Below are positions 34,220 through 43,777 of a stretch of 64,000 bases of DNA, piece by piece. The stretch comes from Candidatus Pacearchaeota archaeon (lineage in GTDB: Archaea > Nanobdellota > Nanobdellia > Pacearchaeales > GW2011-AR1). The stretch spans positions 3,434 through 67,433 of the forward strand of contig JBAZJQ010000002.1 of NCBI GenBank assembly GCA_041651235.1, read 5' to 3'. Each line of letters starts with the position of its first letter. Position 1 is the first letter of the stretch. The notes under the pieces were generated by a model. That model saw only the letters and a program-made list of their open reading frames with translations, did not search any database and was not told where the DNA came from. Position numbers and translations under genes: made by a program.

Positions 34220-34513
34220 TTATCTTTTCTTCTTTTTTCTAGAAACTGATTTTGTTTTTCCCAAATTCATCTTTGAGAAAACATAAATGTAAAGTATTTC
34301 TAAAATACCTACTGTATTAACTATTAAAAATATTACAAACCAAATTTTATTATTTTTATTTGCTGATTTCCACAATGCCAATCCCTTCCAAATTAATGTC
34401 CAAATTGAAACAATAATAAATAATACTAAAATTGCTGTTGCTGAAATTCCTAAATAGTTTCCAATAACTGAATAAGGATCAGTTCCAGATAATATATTTG
34501 TTGTATCTACCAT
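34220..34513 (-). CDS. small membrane protein (DUF5652-like)
   Basis: WTLIWKGLALWKSANKNNKIWFVIFLIVNTVGILEILYIYVF matches my memory of the DUF5652 pattern that is common in small-genome lineages. Confidence 0.55.
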   Translation of the reverse strand: MVDTTNILSGTDPYSVIGNYLGISATAILVLFIIVSIWTLIWKGLALWKSANKNNKIWFVIFLIVNTVGILEILYIYVFSKMNLGKTKSVSRKKKKR

Positions 34514-34606
34514 CTTTTTATATTATACAAAATATATTTTAGTTTATAAATGTTTTTATTTTTATTTAAAACATTTATATGACTCTATACTAAACTAAAT
34601 ATCAAT

Positions 34607-34655
34607 ATCTTATTTAAACAAACAATTGAGCTTCTGTTCATCAAAACTTATCTCA
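34607..34655. repeat. intergenic repeat, copy R7 (left arm + core variant)
   Basis: atcttatttaaacaaacaattgagcttctgttcatcaaaacttatctc. Confidence 0.45.
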
Positions 34656-34749
34656 TAAACATTTTAATTTTATCCTATGTAAAACATATAAAGTTTTATA
34701 TTACGAAAATAATATAAAATATAGAAGAGAAAAAATAGATAAAAATTTA

Positions 34750-34765
34750 TTTCAATATCTTGTAT
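34750..34765. promoter_or_regulatory. degenerate third NrdR-box-like site
   Basis: tttcaatatcttgtat. Positions 34753-34765 are the exact reverse complement of 34851-34863 (13 nt). One arm is imperfect (TTTCAA versus ATACAA). Confidence 0.3.
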
Positions 34766-34785
34766 GCCATTTTATCACAGAAATC

Positions 34786-34793
34786 TTTAAATA
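34786..34793 (+). promoter_or_regulatory. TATA-like box (TTTAAATA) upstream of nrdR
   Basis: With the usual spacing it would place the TSS near 34815-34820, at the edge of NrdR box 1. Confidence 0.35.
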
Positions 34794-34819
34794 CTAATTA
34801 TTTTTCTATAATTTCGTTG

Positions 34820-34835
34820 CCACAATTTCTTGTGG
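34820..34835. promoter_or_regulatory. NrdR box 1 (16-bp palindrome CCACAATTTCTTGTGG)
   Basis: Perfect 6-4-6 palindrome matching the bacterial NrdR-box consensus acaCwAtATaTwGtgt. Confidence 0.6.
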
Positions 34836-34850
34836 GTAAAAAAAGAGGAT

Positions 34851-34866
34851 ATACAAGATATTGTAT
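34851..34866. promoter_or_regulatory. NrdR box 2 (16-bp palindrome ATACAAGATATTGTAT)
   Basis: Perfect 6-4-6 palindrome. It is 31 bp centre-to-centre from box 1 (15-bp gap), the canonical tandem spacing. It ends 14 nt before the nrdR ATG. Confidence 0.6.
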
Positions 34867-34880
34867 GTTCTTGCGATATC

Positions 34881-35312
34881 ATGAAATGCTTATTTTGCGC
34901 AGCAGATACTAAAGTTACAGATAAACGGGAGTCTCCTGAAGGTACTCGTAGAAGAAGAGAGTGCCTAAAATGCAAAAAAAGATTTACAACATATGAAAAA
35001 CCAGAAGAAAAAAATATTCTTGTTGTGAAAAAAGATGGGAGAAGAGAGCATTTCAATGATGAAAAATTAAGATTAGGAATAATCAAAGCCTGTGAGAAGA
35101 GGCCTGTATCAATTGAAAAAATTGATCTGATTGTTGAAGATATAAAAAATAAATTATTAAAAAAGGGTAAAGAGGTTAAAACTGATATGATAGGAAAATT
35201 TGTTATGCAAAAATTAAGAAAGCTAGATAAAGTTGCATATATAAGATTTGCTTCTGTTTACAAAGATTTCAAAGATGTTAAAGATTTCAAAAGAGAGGTG
35301 AGTGAGTTATGA
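34881..35312 (+). CDS. nrdR: NrdR transcriptional repressor (zinc ribbon + ATP-cone)
   Basis: MKCLFCAADTKVTDKRES...RRRRECLKCKKRFTTYE zinc ribbon, followed by the ATP-cone VVKKDGRREHFNDEKL...AYIRFASVYKDFKDV. The start was chosen at the MKC methionine. Confidence 0.85.
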   Translation: MKCLFCAADTKVTDKRESPEGTRRRRECLKCKKRFTTYEKPEEKNILVVKKDGRREHFNDEKLRLGIIKACEKRPVSIEKIDLIVEDIKNKLLKKGKEVKTDMIGKFVMQKLRKLDKVAYIRFASVYKDFKDVKDFKREVSEL

Positions 35313-38300
35313 ATAATGTTCTTGTTGCTGGTGATGAACTACCCAAGACAAGTTTAAAAGCAAAAAAATATTCTCCATTTCCATTAGATTCTTATGATGT
35401 ACAAAGACATATACCTTTAGAAAAAGCTTATTCATTAGTCAAAGATCAAAATAATTCAAATTTAAACCCAGAATTTATTAATCAAAGTATTCAAGGCGGG
35501 GATTTAGCTGTTTATAATTTTAATGGGCATGAATATGTAGATAGATTGGATATTGGAAGAGTTTATCATAGTCCAAAAGAAAGTAGAGGAGTTAAAGTTC
35601 AAAGATTTTTTTCAAGAGAAGGAGAAGATGTGTTTGAAAGTTTTGGTCGTTATGCTCCAAGAGATTTGGCAATAAAATCTAAAAGTGGAAAAAATATATT
35701 TGAGATGAAGGGGGCGTTATTTCCTGAACAATGGACAGATGAAGAAGCTAGAATTGTTGCACAAAAATATTTCTTTAGACCAAACAGAGAAGAATGGAAA
35801 GAAAAAATAAAGGCTAAAATAGGAAAAACAGAAGAAAATTCTCCTAAAGATTTAATTAATAGAGTTTCTAATTTCTTTGCAGATAAAGGATGGGAATTGG
35901 GGTATTTTGCATCTGAACAAGATAGAGAAAATTTTAGAGAAGAACTTAAATTTTTGCAAGCGCATAGGATGGCTGCATTTAATTCCCCTGTTTATTTTAA
36001 TGTTGGAATATATAATGAATATGGTATTGAGGGCCCTCCTGCAATAAGTTTTGTTAAAGACCCAATTACTGGAGAAGTTAGAGCAGATAAAGGAGGATGT
36101 TATGTTAATCCTGTTGGGCATGCTTGTTTTATTAGAGCAGCAAGAGATAATTTAGTAAGCATATTACAACAAACAGTTGATGAAGGAAGTATTTTTAGTC
36201 ATGGTTCTGGTTGTGGAGGAGATATTGGTGCATTAAGAGAAAAAGATTCTTCTCTAGGCGGGGGAGGAAAACCTTCGGGACCTAGAAGTTTTATGGATAT
36301 ATTTGATAAAGCTGCTGGAATAATAAAATCGGGAGGAAAGTCTAGAAGAGCTGCTAGAATGCAGACTATGTATTGTACTCATCCAGATATTGAAGAATTT
36401 GTAATCGCAAAAGTTGGCGAAGATAAAAAAGCCCTAACACTTATAAAAAATGGATATGAATCTGGAATGGATGGGGAAGCATATAGAACCGTTGCTTTCC
36501 AGAATACAAATTTGTCGGTAAGAGTTACTAAAGAATTTTTTGAGGCAATAAAAACAGGTAAAAAAATTCCATTAATAAGTGTTAATAGAGGAATTGAGAC
36601 AGAACAAATATCTCCAGAACTTCTTTTACAAAAAATTGCTTTTGGAGCTTGGAGAATTGGAGATCCTGGATTACAATATGATGGAGTTATCCAAGATTAT
36701 CATACTTGCCCATTATCTGGAAGAATAAATTCAAGTAATCCTTGTGGAGAATATATATTTGTAGATGATTCTTCATGTAACCTAGCGTCAACAAATCTTT
36801 TAGCATTCACAGACAAAAAAGGAAAATTTGATGCAAATAGTTTTTCAAGAGCAAACAGAATAATTGCAATAGCTCAAGATATAATGAACAGAATTGGAGC
36901 ATATCCGGTTAGAGATATTGCTGTGATTAGTCCTGAATTTGCAACTATCGGGCTAGGTTATGCTAATTTGGGTGCAGCATTGATGAGAAAAGGATTAGCT
37001 TATGATTCTGATGAAGGACGAGCTTTTGCTTCCTCAGTAACTGCATTAATGACTGGAACTGCATATGAAACCTCTACAGAGCTTGCAGAAAATCTTGGAA
37101 CTTTTGTTCACTTTGAATTAAATAAAAATCCTATGTTAAATGTTATTAAAAAACATAAGAAAAATTTAGAAGATATTGCTTGGAAACATGTTGATGAAGA
37201 TGTTAAAAAATCAATTTATAGTACCTGGACAAGATTAGAGGATAGAGGAGAAAAATTTGGATTTAGAAATGCTCAGGTTTCTGTAATCGCTCCTACTGGA
37301 ACAATATCTTATATAATGGGTTGTGATACAACCGGATGTGAATCTGCTTATGAATTAATTACTAGAAAATTTCTAGCTGGTGGCGGAGAATTAACTTTAG
37401 TAAATAAAGAAGTTCCAAATGCACTTGAGAATTTAGGGTATAGTCCAGAAGAAGTTGAATTAATACAAAGTCATATTATTCAAAATAATTCTGTTGTTGG
37501 ATGCCCGGATATAAAACCAGAACATAGAAAAATATTTGCAACAGCAAGAGTAGACCAAAATCAATCTGGATCAATTCCTTTTGAGGGACATATTAAAATG
37601 GTTGCTGCAATACAACCTTATGTTTCTGGAGGAATTTCTAAAACAATGAATCTTCCAGAACATGCAACTGTAAAAAACATTTATGATGGGTTTATGCTCG
37701 GATATCAGTTAGGATTAAAGGGATTAACTGCATTTAGAGATAATAGCAAACCTATTTCTGCTCTTGGCGATCAAAGATCATTTAAAGAATTAAAAAGGGG
37801 AGAGAAAGAAGATTTACCTGCATCAAGAGCAGCTCATGAATTTGAACTTACAATTGCTAATAATGGCGGAGAACCTCAACCTTTTCATATGATTGTTAGT
37901 GAATATCAAAACGGGAAGCCTGGACAAATTACATTTTTAGCTTATAAGGGGGGGTCTTCTTTAGGATCTTTATTAAAAACATCTGGGATAGTTGTATCTA
38001 AATCATTGAAAAGAGGGGTTTTTTTAGATGATATGGTTGAAGGATGGATTGGAGAAGAATTCAGACCTAATGGAATGGTTTGGGGACACAAACATGTACA
38101 TAATTGTAAATCTCCATTAGATCTTGCTGCAAAGATATTATTAATAGAATACATGGGTAGAACAGAGTTAGCAGATGATCCTAGTGCTGTGGATCTAACT
38201 ACATTAAGAGGATTCAAAAATGGAGCATTGAGAGCATATGAAAGAGAAAAAATAGATGACTGGAATTTTAATCAAGTTATGAAAGATGCGGAATTAGGAG

Positions 38301-38464
38301 GATTTGTTGAATCTACATCCAAAATTACTCTTGCAAAAAAAGGAGATGAAAAATCTAGAGAAACAATAAGATGTCCTAGTTGTGAGGGAAATACCCTAAG
38401 GAGGATTAGCTCAAATTGTTACGAATGTCCTTGTGGACATAAAATAGGTGGATGTACAAGTTAA
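35309..38464 (+). CDS. nrdJ: class II (adenosylcobalamin-dependent) ribonucleotide reductase
   Basis: Active-site motifs NPCGEY and SSCNLAS. There is no glycyl-radical or R2-type partner. The C-terminal Cys-rich tail is RCPSCEG...CYECPCGHKIGGC. The start overlaps the nrdR stop. Confidence 0.85.
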   Translation: MNNVLVAGDELPKTSLKAKKYSPFPLDSYDVQRHIPLEKAYSLVKDQNNSNLNPEFINQSIQGGDLAVYNFNGHEYVDRLDIGRVYHSPKESRGVKVQRFFSREGEDVFESFGRYAPRDLAIKSKSGKNIFEMKGALFPEQWTDEEARIVAQKYFFRPNREEWKEKIKAKIGKTEENSPKDLINRVSNFFADKGWELGYFASEQDRENFREELKFLQAHRMAAFNSPVYFNVGIYNEYGIEGPPAISFVKDPITGEVRADKGGCYVNPVGHACFIRAARDNLVSILQQTVDEGSIFSHGSGCGGDIGALREKDSSLGGGGKPSGPRSFMDIFDKAAGIIKSGGKSRRAARMQTMYCTHPDIEEFVIAKVGEDKKALTLIKNGYESGMDGEAYRTVAFQNTNLSVRVTKEFFEAIKTGKKIPLISVNRGIETEQISPELLLQKIAFGAWRIGDPGLQYDGVIQDYHTCPLSGRINSSNPCGEYIFVDDSSCNLASTNLLAFTDKKGKFDANSFSRANRIIAIAQDIMNRIGAYPVRDIAVISPEFATIGLGYANLGAALMRKGLAYDSDEGRAFASSVTALMTGTAYETSTELAENLGTFVHFELNKNPMLNVIKKHKKNLEDIAWKHVDEDVKKSIYSTWTRLEDRGEKFGFRNAQVSVIAPTGTISYIMGCDTTGCESAYELITRKFLAGGGELTLVNKEVPNALENLGYSPEEVELIQSHIIQNNSVVGCPDIKPEHRKIFATARVDQNQSGSIPFEGHIKMVAAIQPYVSGGISKTMNLPEHATVKNIYDGFMLGYQLGLKGLTAFRDNSKPISALGDQRSFKELKRGEKEDLPASRAAHEFELTIANNGGEPQPFHMIVSEYQNGKPGQITFLAYKGGSSLGSLLKTSGIVVSKSLKRGVFLDDMVEGWIGEEFRPNGMVWGHKHVHNCKSPLDLAAKILLIEYMGRTELADDPSAVDLTTLRGFKNGALRAYEREKIDDWNFNQVMKDAELGGFVESTSKITLAKKGDEKSRETIRCPSCEGNTLRRISSNCYECPCGHKIGGCTS

Positions 38465-38537
38465 ATCGCAACATTTATTAATGATTTAATTCTATGAAAT
38501 TTATGCATATGTTAAAAATCAGAGGCGACAATGAAAA

Positions 38538-38870
38538 ATGGTTGCAAGAAATGATTCAGCAATGGAAATTACAAATGAAGAATTTGATGAAATAATAAAT
38601 AATTCTCACGAATTAGTAGTTGTAGACTTTTATGCAGAGTGGTGCATGCCATGCCTGATGATGAGCCCAATTATAGAGGATTTAGCAGAACAAATAAAAG
38701 AAGTTAAGTTCACTAAAATTAATGTTGATGATAATCAGGCTTTAGCTGGAAGATATAATGTAAGTTCTATACCTTGCTTAATTATTTTCAAGAAAGGAAA
38801 AGAAGTTGGCAGAATAATCGGCTCAAGACCTGCTGATGAAATCGAAGAAAAAATCAGAGAGTATTTTTAA
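38538..38870 (+). CDS. trxA: thioredoxin (non-canonical WCMPC active site)
   Basis: VVDFYAEWCMPC...SIPCLIIFKKGKEV has the thioredoxin fold pattern. Confidence 0.85.
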   Translation: MVARNDSAMEITNEEFDEIINNSHELVVVDFYAEWCMPCLMMSPIIEDLAEQIKEVKFTKINVDDNQALAGRYNVSSIPCLIIFKKGKEVGRIIGSRPADEIEEKIREYF

Positions 38871-38910
38871 TTTTATTTTATAATTGAGGATTAGGAATAC
38901 CAAATTTTAA

Positions 38911-38980
38911 AACAATGAAACTTCTGTTGATTAAGCTTGATGTCAATAGCTTCTTTGTTTGTTCTTTAAGATTATTGATA
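38911..38980. repeat. intergenic MITE-like repeat, copy R8 (core variant + right arm)
   Basis: aacaatgaaacttctgttgattaagcttgatgtcaatagcttctttgtttgttctttaagattattgata aligns along about 60 nt with copy R1 (741-800). Confidence 0.55.
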
Positions 38981-39046
38981 TTTATGTTTCAAATCTATAT
39001 TATTTAATGATATAATCTATTTAAATGAATAAAAGTTTTTTATTTT

Positions 39047-39787
39047 ATGAAAAAAGAGCTGGAAGTTATTTTAATTGCACATCCTAAAAATATGGAACAG
39101 ATAGTTGCTTCTGCTGCTAAACTATGTTATTCTCCATCTGCAATTAAAGATATACTACATGTAAATTCTAAAGAAGCTAGAGAATTTATAAAATACTTAA
39201 TGAAATTAGGGCATGAATCTCCATTAGAACATGGGACTTATACATTTGGTGTAGAAGGTATTTCTCGAGCTTGTTCTCATCAATTAGTAAGACATAGAAT
39301 TGGATGTTCTTATTCTCAGCAGAGCCAAAGATATGTTGATGAGAGCAGTCAAAAAAATACAGGTGATTGTTTTGATTTTATTGTTCCTCCAAATATTTCT
39401 AAAATTGGAAGAGAGCAATGGTATACTGAAAAAATGCAGATAATGCAAGGTTGGTATGATGAAATTTCAGGGGCTTTAAAAAGTGCAGATATAACTGGAG
39501 AGGCAAATACTGAAGATGCAAGATTTTTGCTTCCTAATGCAACAGAAACAAAGATAATAGTTTCTATGAATCCAAGGTCTTTACTGAATTTTTTTAAACA
39601 AAGATTATGCAACAGAGCTCAATGGGAAATTAGAAGATTAGCTGAAAAAATGTATGATTTAGTTTTGCCAACTGCTCCTTCGATTTTTCAATATGCTGGC
39701 CCGCCTTGTGTATATGGAAGATGTAGGGAAGGAAAAAGGAGTTGTGGCAAATCTGAAGAGAAAAAAACAAAATTTCTAAAAAAATAA
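39047..39787 (+). CDS. thyX: flavin-dependent thymidylate synthase
   Basis: ThyX signature QLVRHRIGCSYSQQSQRY (RHRxxSxxxxSQRY). Confidence 0.9.
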   Translation: MKKELEVILIAHPKNMEQIVASAAKLCYSPSAIKDILHVNSKEAREFIKYLMKLGHESPLEHGTYTFGVEGISRACSHQLVRHRIGCSYSQQSQRYVDESSQKNTGDCFDFIVPPNISKIGREQWYTEKMQIMQGWYDEISGALKSADITGEANTEDARFLLPNATETKIIVSMNPRSLLNFFKQRLCNRAQWEIRRLAEKMYDLVLPTAPSIFQYAGPPCVYGRCREGKRSCGKSEEKKTKFLKK

Positions 39788-39843
39788 ACATTTTTAAACT
39801 AAATTCTTTTAGTGATTTTATCAGTTTTAATTAACTGAGCTAT

Positions 39844-39917
39844 GGGGCCATAGCTCAGCCCGGTTAGAGCACCTGCCTTTTAAGCAGGGTGTCGGGGGTT
39901 CAAATCCCCCTGGCCCT
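39844..39917 (+). tRNA. tRNA-Lys (anticodon UUU)
   Basis: Manual cloverleaf: acceptor GGGGCCA/UGGCCCU (G1-U72), D stem GCUC/GAGC, anticodon stem CCUGC/GCAGG with loop CUUUUAA, T stem GGGGG/CCCCC with loop UUCAAAU. Length 74 nt. CCA is not encoded and there is no intron. Confidence 0.85.
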
Positions 39918-39950
39918 ATTTTAAAATTAGAATTATTTATCTAAAAAAGT

Positions 39951-40018
39951 TAAAAATTATAATAAAGTTTTAAGAAAATTCCAAAAATATTGATTTATAT
40001 ACTTTATTATAATTTTTA
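39951..40018. repeat. 18-bp perfect inverted repeat with a 32-nt spacer
   Basis: taaaaattataataaagt (39951-39968) and actttattataattttta (40001-40018) are exact reverse complements. Confidence 0.6.
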
Positions 40019-40134
40019 GAACATAATAGAAAGATTTATAAATCCCCATTTAGATTTTATTATAACTATTATAAAGTTGTAAAGGTAATTATCTCATTTA
40101 TCTTCCCAGATATAATTATCCAAAATCCCAAAAA

Positions 40135-40344
40135 ATGCACATATTAGAGCCCACACACACAAAATTGAAACCTGAAGAGGTTAAGAGATTACTTGATGAG
40201 CTAAATATTTCTCTTGCACAATTACCCAAAATTAAAATTATTGACGCTGCATTACCTAAAGATGCAGAAATTTCTGATGTTTATAAAATTGAAAGAGCTG
40301 TTAATGGGAAGAAAACAATTTATTATAGGGTGGTGTCAGTATGA
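40135..40344 (+). CDS. rpoH: RNA polymerase subunit H (Rpo5)
   Basis: 69 aa. HILEPTHTKLKPEEVKRLLDELNISLAQLPKIKIIDAALP...YRVV is the RpoH/Rpb5 C-domain pattern. It overlaps the rpoB start. Confidence 0.85.
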   Translation: MHILEPTHTKLKPEEVKRLLDELNISLAQLPKIKIIDAALPKDAEISDVYKIERAVNGKKTIYYRVVSV

Positions 40345-43300
40345 GGCTAGAAAATTCTAAAGAGGAACATGTGCTTGTAAAAAAATATCTTAAAGACCAT
40401 AGTCTAGTTGAATCGAATATTACTTCTTTTAATAATTTTATAAAATTCAGAATGCAGGAAATTGTAAATGAAATCAGTGAGTCAATTCCTAAAGAAGACA
40501 CAGAAATCACCCTTGGAAAAATTAAGGTCGGAAAACCAGAGATTACTGAAGCTGATGGTAGCACAAATTTATTAACTCCTACTGAAGCAAGAATAAGAGG
40601 TTTAACTTATTCTGCACCGGTTTTCTTAGAAATAACAATAAAACAAGAAGGACAATTAGAAAGTCATGATGTTGAAATAGGAAGAATCCCTATTTTAATA
40701 AAAAGTGAAATTTGCAATCTTAATGGATTATCCAGAGAAGAATTAATAAAAGAATATGTTGATCCTTTGGATTTTGGGGGATATTTTATTATTAATGGAA
40801 ATGAAAGAGTGATGGTTATGACAGAAGATCTTGCAGAAAATCAGGCATTTATTGAAAATTCAAAAAATAAAATAATGCTTAGATTGTTTTCAAAAAGAGG
40901 AAGCTACAGAATTCCCATTTCAATAACAGAAACACCTGAAGGAATTGTAGAAGTTTCTTTTTCAAGATTTAAAAATATTCCAGTTATTATTATTTTGAAA
41001 GCATTAGGGTTAACAAAAGAAAGTGAGATTGCAGAACATATTGGAAAAGAAAATGATAGCTTAATTGTTAATTTATATGAATACACTGCTATCCAAAATC
41101 AGGAAGAAGCTATGATGGCTATTGCTGAACAAACTTCTTTACAAGGAACAAAAAAAGAAATTTTAGACAGAATAAAACAAAGACTTGATTCCTATTTCTT
41201 ACCTCACATTGGATTAAAAAAAGAAGACAGATTAAAAAAAGCAATTACTTTATGTAAATTTGTAAAACAGTTTTATATTGCAAAAGAAACTCCGGATAGT
41301 TTAACAGATAAAGATCATTATGCTAACAAAAGAGTTAGAATGTCTGGGGATTTACTATCTGATTTATTTAGAGTAAATCTTAATATCCTAGTAAGAGATA
41401 TACAGCACTCATTACAGAAAATTCAAAAGAGGAAAAAATTCTATTCTATAAAATCAATTGCGAAATCAACATTATTTACTCACAGAGTTGAAAGTGCAAT
41501 TGCAACTGGTAACTGGATTGGAGAAAGAACAGGAGTTACTCAGAATATGGATAAAACAAATTATCTTAAAATCTTATCACAATTACAAAGAGTTTCAAGT
41601 ATGCTTCCTGGAGAACAAGAAAATTTCTTAGCAAGAACATTGCATCCAACACACTATGGAAGATTTTGTCCTGTTGAAACTCCTGAAGGAACTGAAATTG
41701 GTTTAAGAAAAAATTTAGCATTATTAGCAAAAATTTCTACAAGAACTGATTTAGATGATGAAAGTTTAATCAAAATTCTAGTTAATCTTGGAATGAAAAG
41801 AGAGATTATTAAAGAAGTTGGTAAAGATGTTTTCTTCAATGGAAAATTTATTGGACATGTTGAAAATTATAGCAAATTAATAGGAGATTTAAAGAAAATG
41901 AGAAGAGATGCGCAATTGCCAATTGAATTAAGTATCAGATACGATAAAGTTTTAGGAATTGTTCTTTTGTCAACAGAAGAAGGAAGAGTAATGAGACCTT
42001 TGATTATTATTGAAAATGGAAAATCAAAATTAACAGAAGAACATCTTCAATTAGTAAGAGAAAATTCTTTAGCTTGGCAGGATTTATTGAAAGGCGGAAT
42101 TATTGAATATTTAGATGCTGCTGAAGAAGAAAATTCATTAGTTGCATTAAATCCTGAAGAGATTACCGAAGAACATACTCACCTTGAAATTGATAAAATT
42201 GATTTGTTTGGAGTTGTTACTTCAATTGTTCCTTATGCAAATTATGACCAGAGTTCAAGATTAATCAGGGGAAGCAAAACTCAAACTCAGTCATTAGGAC
42301 TATATGCTGCTAATTTCTTTACAAGAATAGATACTAATGTCTCTATACTGCACTATCCACAAAAACCAATTGTTAGAAGTTTTGTTTATGATACTTTAGA
42401 TATTCATCCAGCAGGACAAAATGTAGTTGTTGCTGTTATGACTCATGACGGATATAATATGGAAGATGCTTTAATATTAAATCAAGGTTCTTTAGATAGA
42501 GGATTAGGAAGAAGTACTTATTTTAGGCCCTATGGTTCTACTGAACTAAATTATGCTGGGGGATTAAAAGATCAGATTACAATACCTGAAAAAGATGTTT
42601 CAGGATACAGAACAGAGGATAGTTACAGATTCTTAGAAGATGATGGTATTACTTATCCTGAAGCTCAATTAACCTCTGGGGAAGCTGTTATTGGAAAAAC
42701 TAGTCCTCCTAAATTCTTGTCAGAAGTAAGAGAAATTTCAATTAAAGCAAGAAAAGAAGCAAGCTCGGTAATAAGACAAGAAGAACAAGGAACAGTTGAT
42801 AGCGTATTTATTACAGAAGATAATCAAGGAAATAAAATTATCCAAGTTAAAACAAGAGATTTAAGAGTCCCTGAACTGGGAGATAAATTTGCAACTGCAC
42901 ACGGACAGAAGGGAGTTATTGGTGCAATTATTCCTGAAAATGATGTTCCATTTACATCAAGAGGAGTTAAACCAGATGTTATATTTAATCCTCACTCAAT
43001 TCCTGGAAGAATGACTGTTGGCTTCTTAATTGAATTACTTGCTGGAAAAGTTGGAAGCTTATCTGGAAAAATTATGGATGGTACTGGATTCTCTGGACAA
43101 AAAGTAGAAAGTCTAGAAGAAGAATTAAAGAGTTTAGGATTTAGAGAAGATGGAAAAGAAACAATCTATCATGGAGTTAGTGGTAAGATGATGAGAGTTA
43201 AGATTTATGTTGGAAGTATGTATTATTTGAAACTTGGAAGAATGGTAAAGAACTTATTGCATGCAAGAGCATCTGGAAAAGTTACATTATTAACAAGACA

Positions 43301-43610
43301 ACCAATTGAAGGAAGATCAAAGGGAGGGGCATTGAGATTAGGAGAAATGGAACAACAGGCATTAGTTGCTCATGGAGCATCATTATTATTAAAAGAAAGA
43401 TATGATTCAGATAAAGTTATTATTAATATTTGCAGTAAATGTGGTGGAGTTGCAATTGAAGACACAATAAGAGGAAAAATGTTTTGCCCTCTTTGCAATA
43501 GCCAGGAAATTGAACCAATTGAATTATCTTATGCATTTAAATTATTAGCAGATGAAATTCAATCTATGCATATTAAAACTAAATTTAATTTGAAGAATAA
43601 GTACGAATAA
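40341..43610 (+). CDS. rpoB: RNA polymerase subunit B (unsplit)
   Basis: 1089 aa. Conserved blocks include GYFIINGNERV, RFCPVETPEG, GYNMEDA, KFATAHGQKG, LGEMEQQA and the C-terminal Zn ribbon CSKCGG...CPLC. Confidence 0.95.
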   Translation: MRLENSKEEHVLVKKYLKDHSLVESNITSFNNFIKFRMQEIVNEISESIPKEDTEITLGKIKVGKPEITEADGSTNLLTPTEARIRGLTYSAPVFLEITIKQEGQLESHDVEIGRIPILIKSEICNLNGLSREELIKEYVDPLDFGGYFIINGNERVMVMTEDLAENQAFIENSKNKIMLRLFSKRGSYRIPISITETPEGIVEVSFSRFKNIPVIIILKALGLTKESEIAEHIGKENDSLIVNLYEYTAIQNQEEAMMAIAEQTSLQGTKKEILDRIKQRLDSYFLPHIGLKKEDRLKKAITLCKFVKQFYIAKETPDSLTDKDHYANKRVRMSGDLLSDLFRVNLNILVRDIQHSLQKIQKRKKFYSIKSIAKSTLFTHRVESAIATGNWIGERTGVTQNMDKTNYLKILSQLQRVSSMLPGEQENFLARTLHPTHYGRFCPVETPEGTEIGLRKNLALLAKISTRTDLDDESLIKILVNLGMKREIIKEVGKDVFFNGKFIGHVENYSKLIGDLKKMRRDAQLPIELSIRYDKVLGIVLLSTEEGRVMRPLIIIENGKSKLTEEHLQLVRENSLAWQDLLKGGIIEYLDAAEEENSLVALNPEEITEEHTHLEIDKIDLFGVVTSIVPYANYDQSSRLIRGSKTQTQSLGLYAANFFTRIDTNVSILHYPQKPIVRSFVYDTLDIHPAGQNVVVAVMTHDGYNMEDALILNQGSLDRGLGRSTYFRPYGSTELNYAGGLKDQITIPEKDVSGYRTEDSYRFLEDDGITYPEAQLTSGEAVIGKTSPPKFLSEVREISIKARKEASSVIRQEEQGTVDSVFITEDNQGNKIIQVKTRDLRVPELGDKFATAHGQKGVIGAIIPENDVPFTSRGVKPDVIFNPHSIPGRMTVGFLIELLAGKVGSLSGKIMDGTGFSGQKVESLEEELKSLGFREDGKETIYHGVSGKMMRVKIYVGSMYYLKLGRMVKNLLHARASGKVTLLTRQPIEGRSKGGALRLGEMEQQALVAHGASLLLKERYDSDKVIINICSKCGGVAIEDTIRGKMFCPLCNSQEIEPIELSYAFKLLADEIQSMHIKTKFNLKNKYE

Positions 43611-43611
43611 A

Positions 43612-43776
43612 ATGGAAAATCAATGTCAATATCACCCTTGTATGAAATTAAAAGTATTAGCTCAATTAGGTATTGAAAAACCTGTAGAATGCCAACAATC
43701 ACATCAACAATGTGAAGAATATTGTAGAATAGAAACTTCACCAAGACAACCTATATTGGAAAGGGGAATTAATTAA
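43612..43776 (+). CDS. 54-aa Cys-rich ORF between rpoB and rpoA, below the ORF-track cutoff
   Basis: MENQCQYHPCMKLKVLAQLGIEKPVECQQSHQQCEEYCRIETSPRQPILERGIN (6 Cys). The ATG is 1 nt after the rpoB stop, and its own stop is 1 nt before the next ATG. Confidence 0.5.
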   Translation: MENQCQYHPCMKLKVLAQLGIEKPVECQQSHQQCEEYCRIETSPRQPILERGIN

Positions 43777-43777
43777 A

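Noticed and set aside
35309-38464. Possible intein in the 1051-aa RNR (an HNC tripeptide near the C-terminus; archaeal RNRs often host inteins).
   Set aside because: No intein N-terminal splicing block or endonuclease (LAGLIDADG/HNH) motifs were seen. The catalytic motifs are contiguous, and the length is within the range for class II enzymes.
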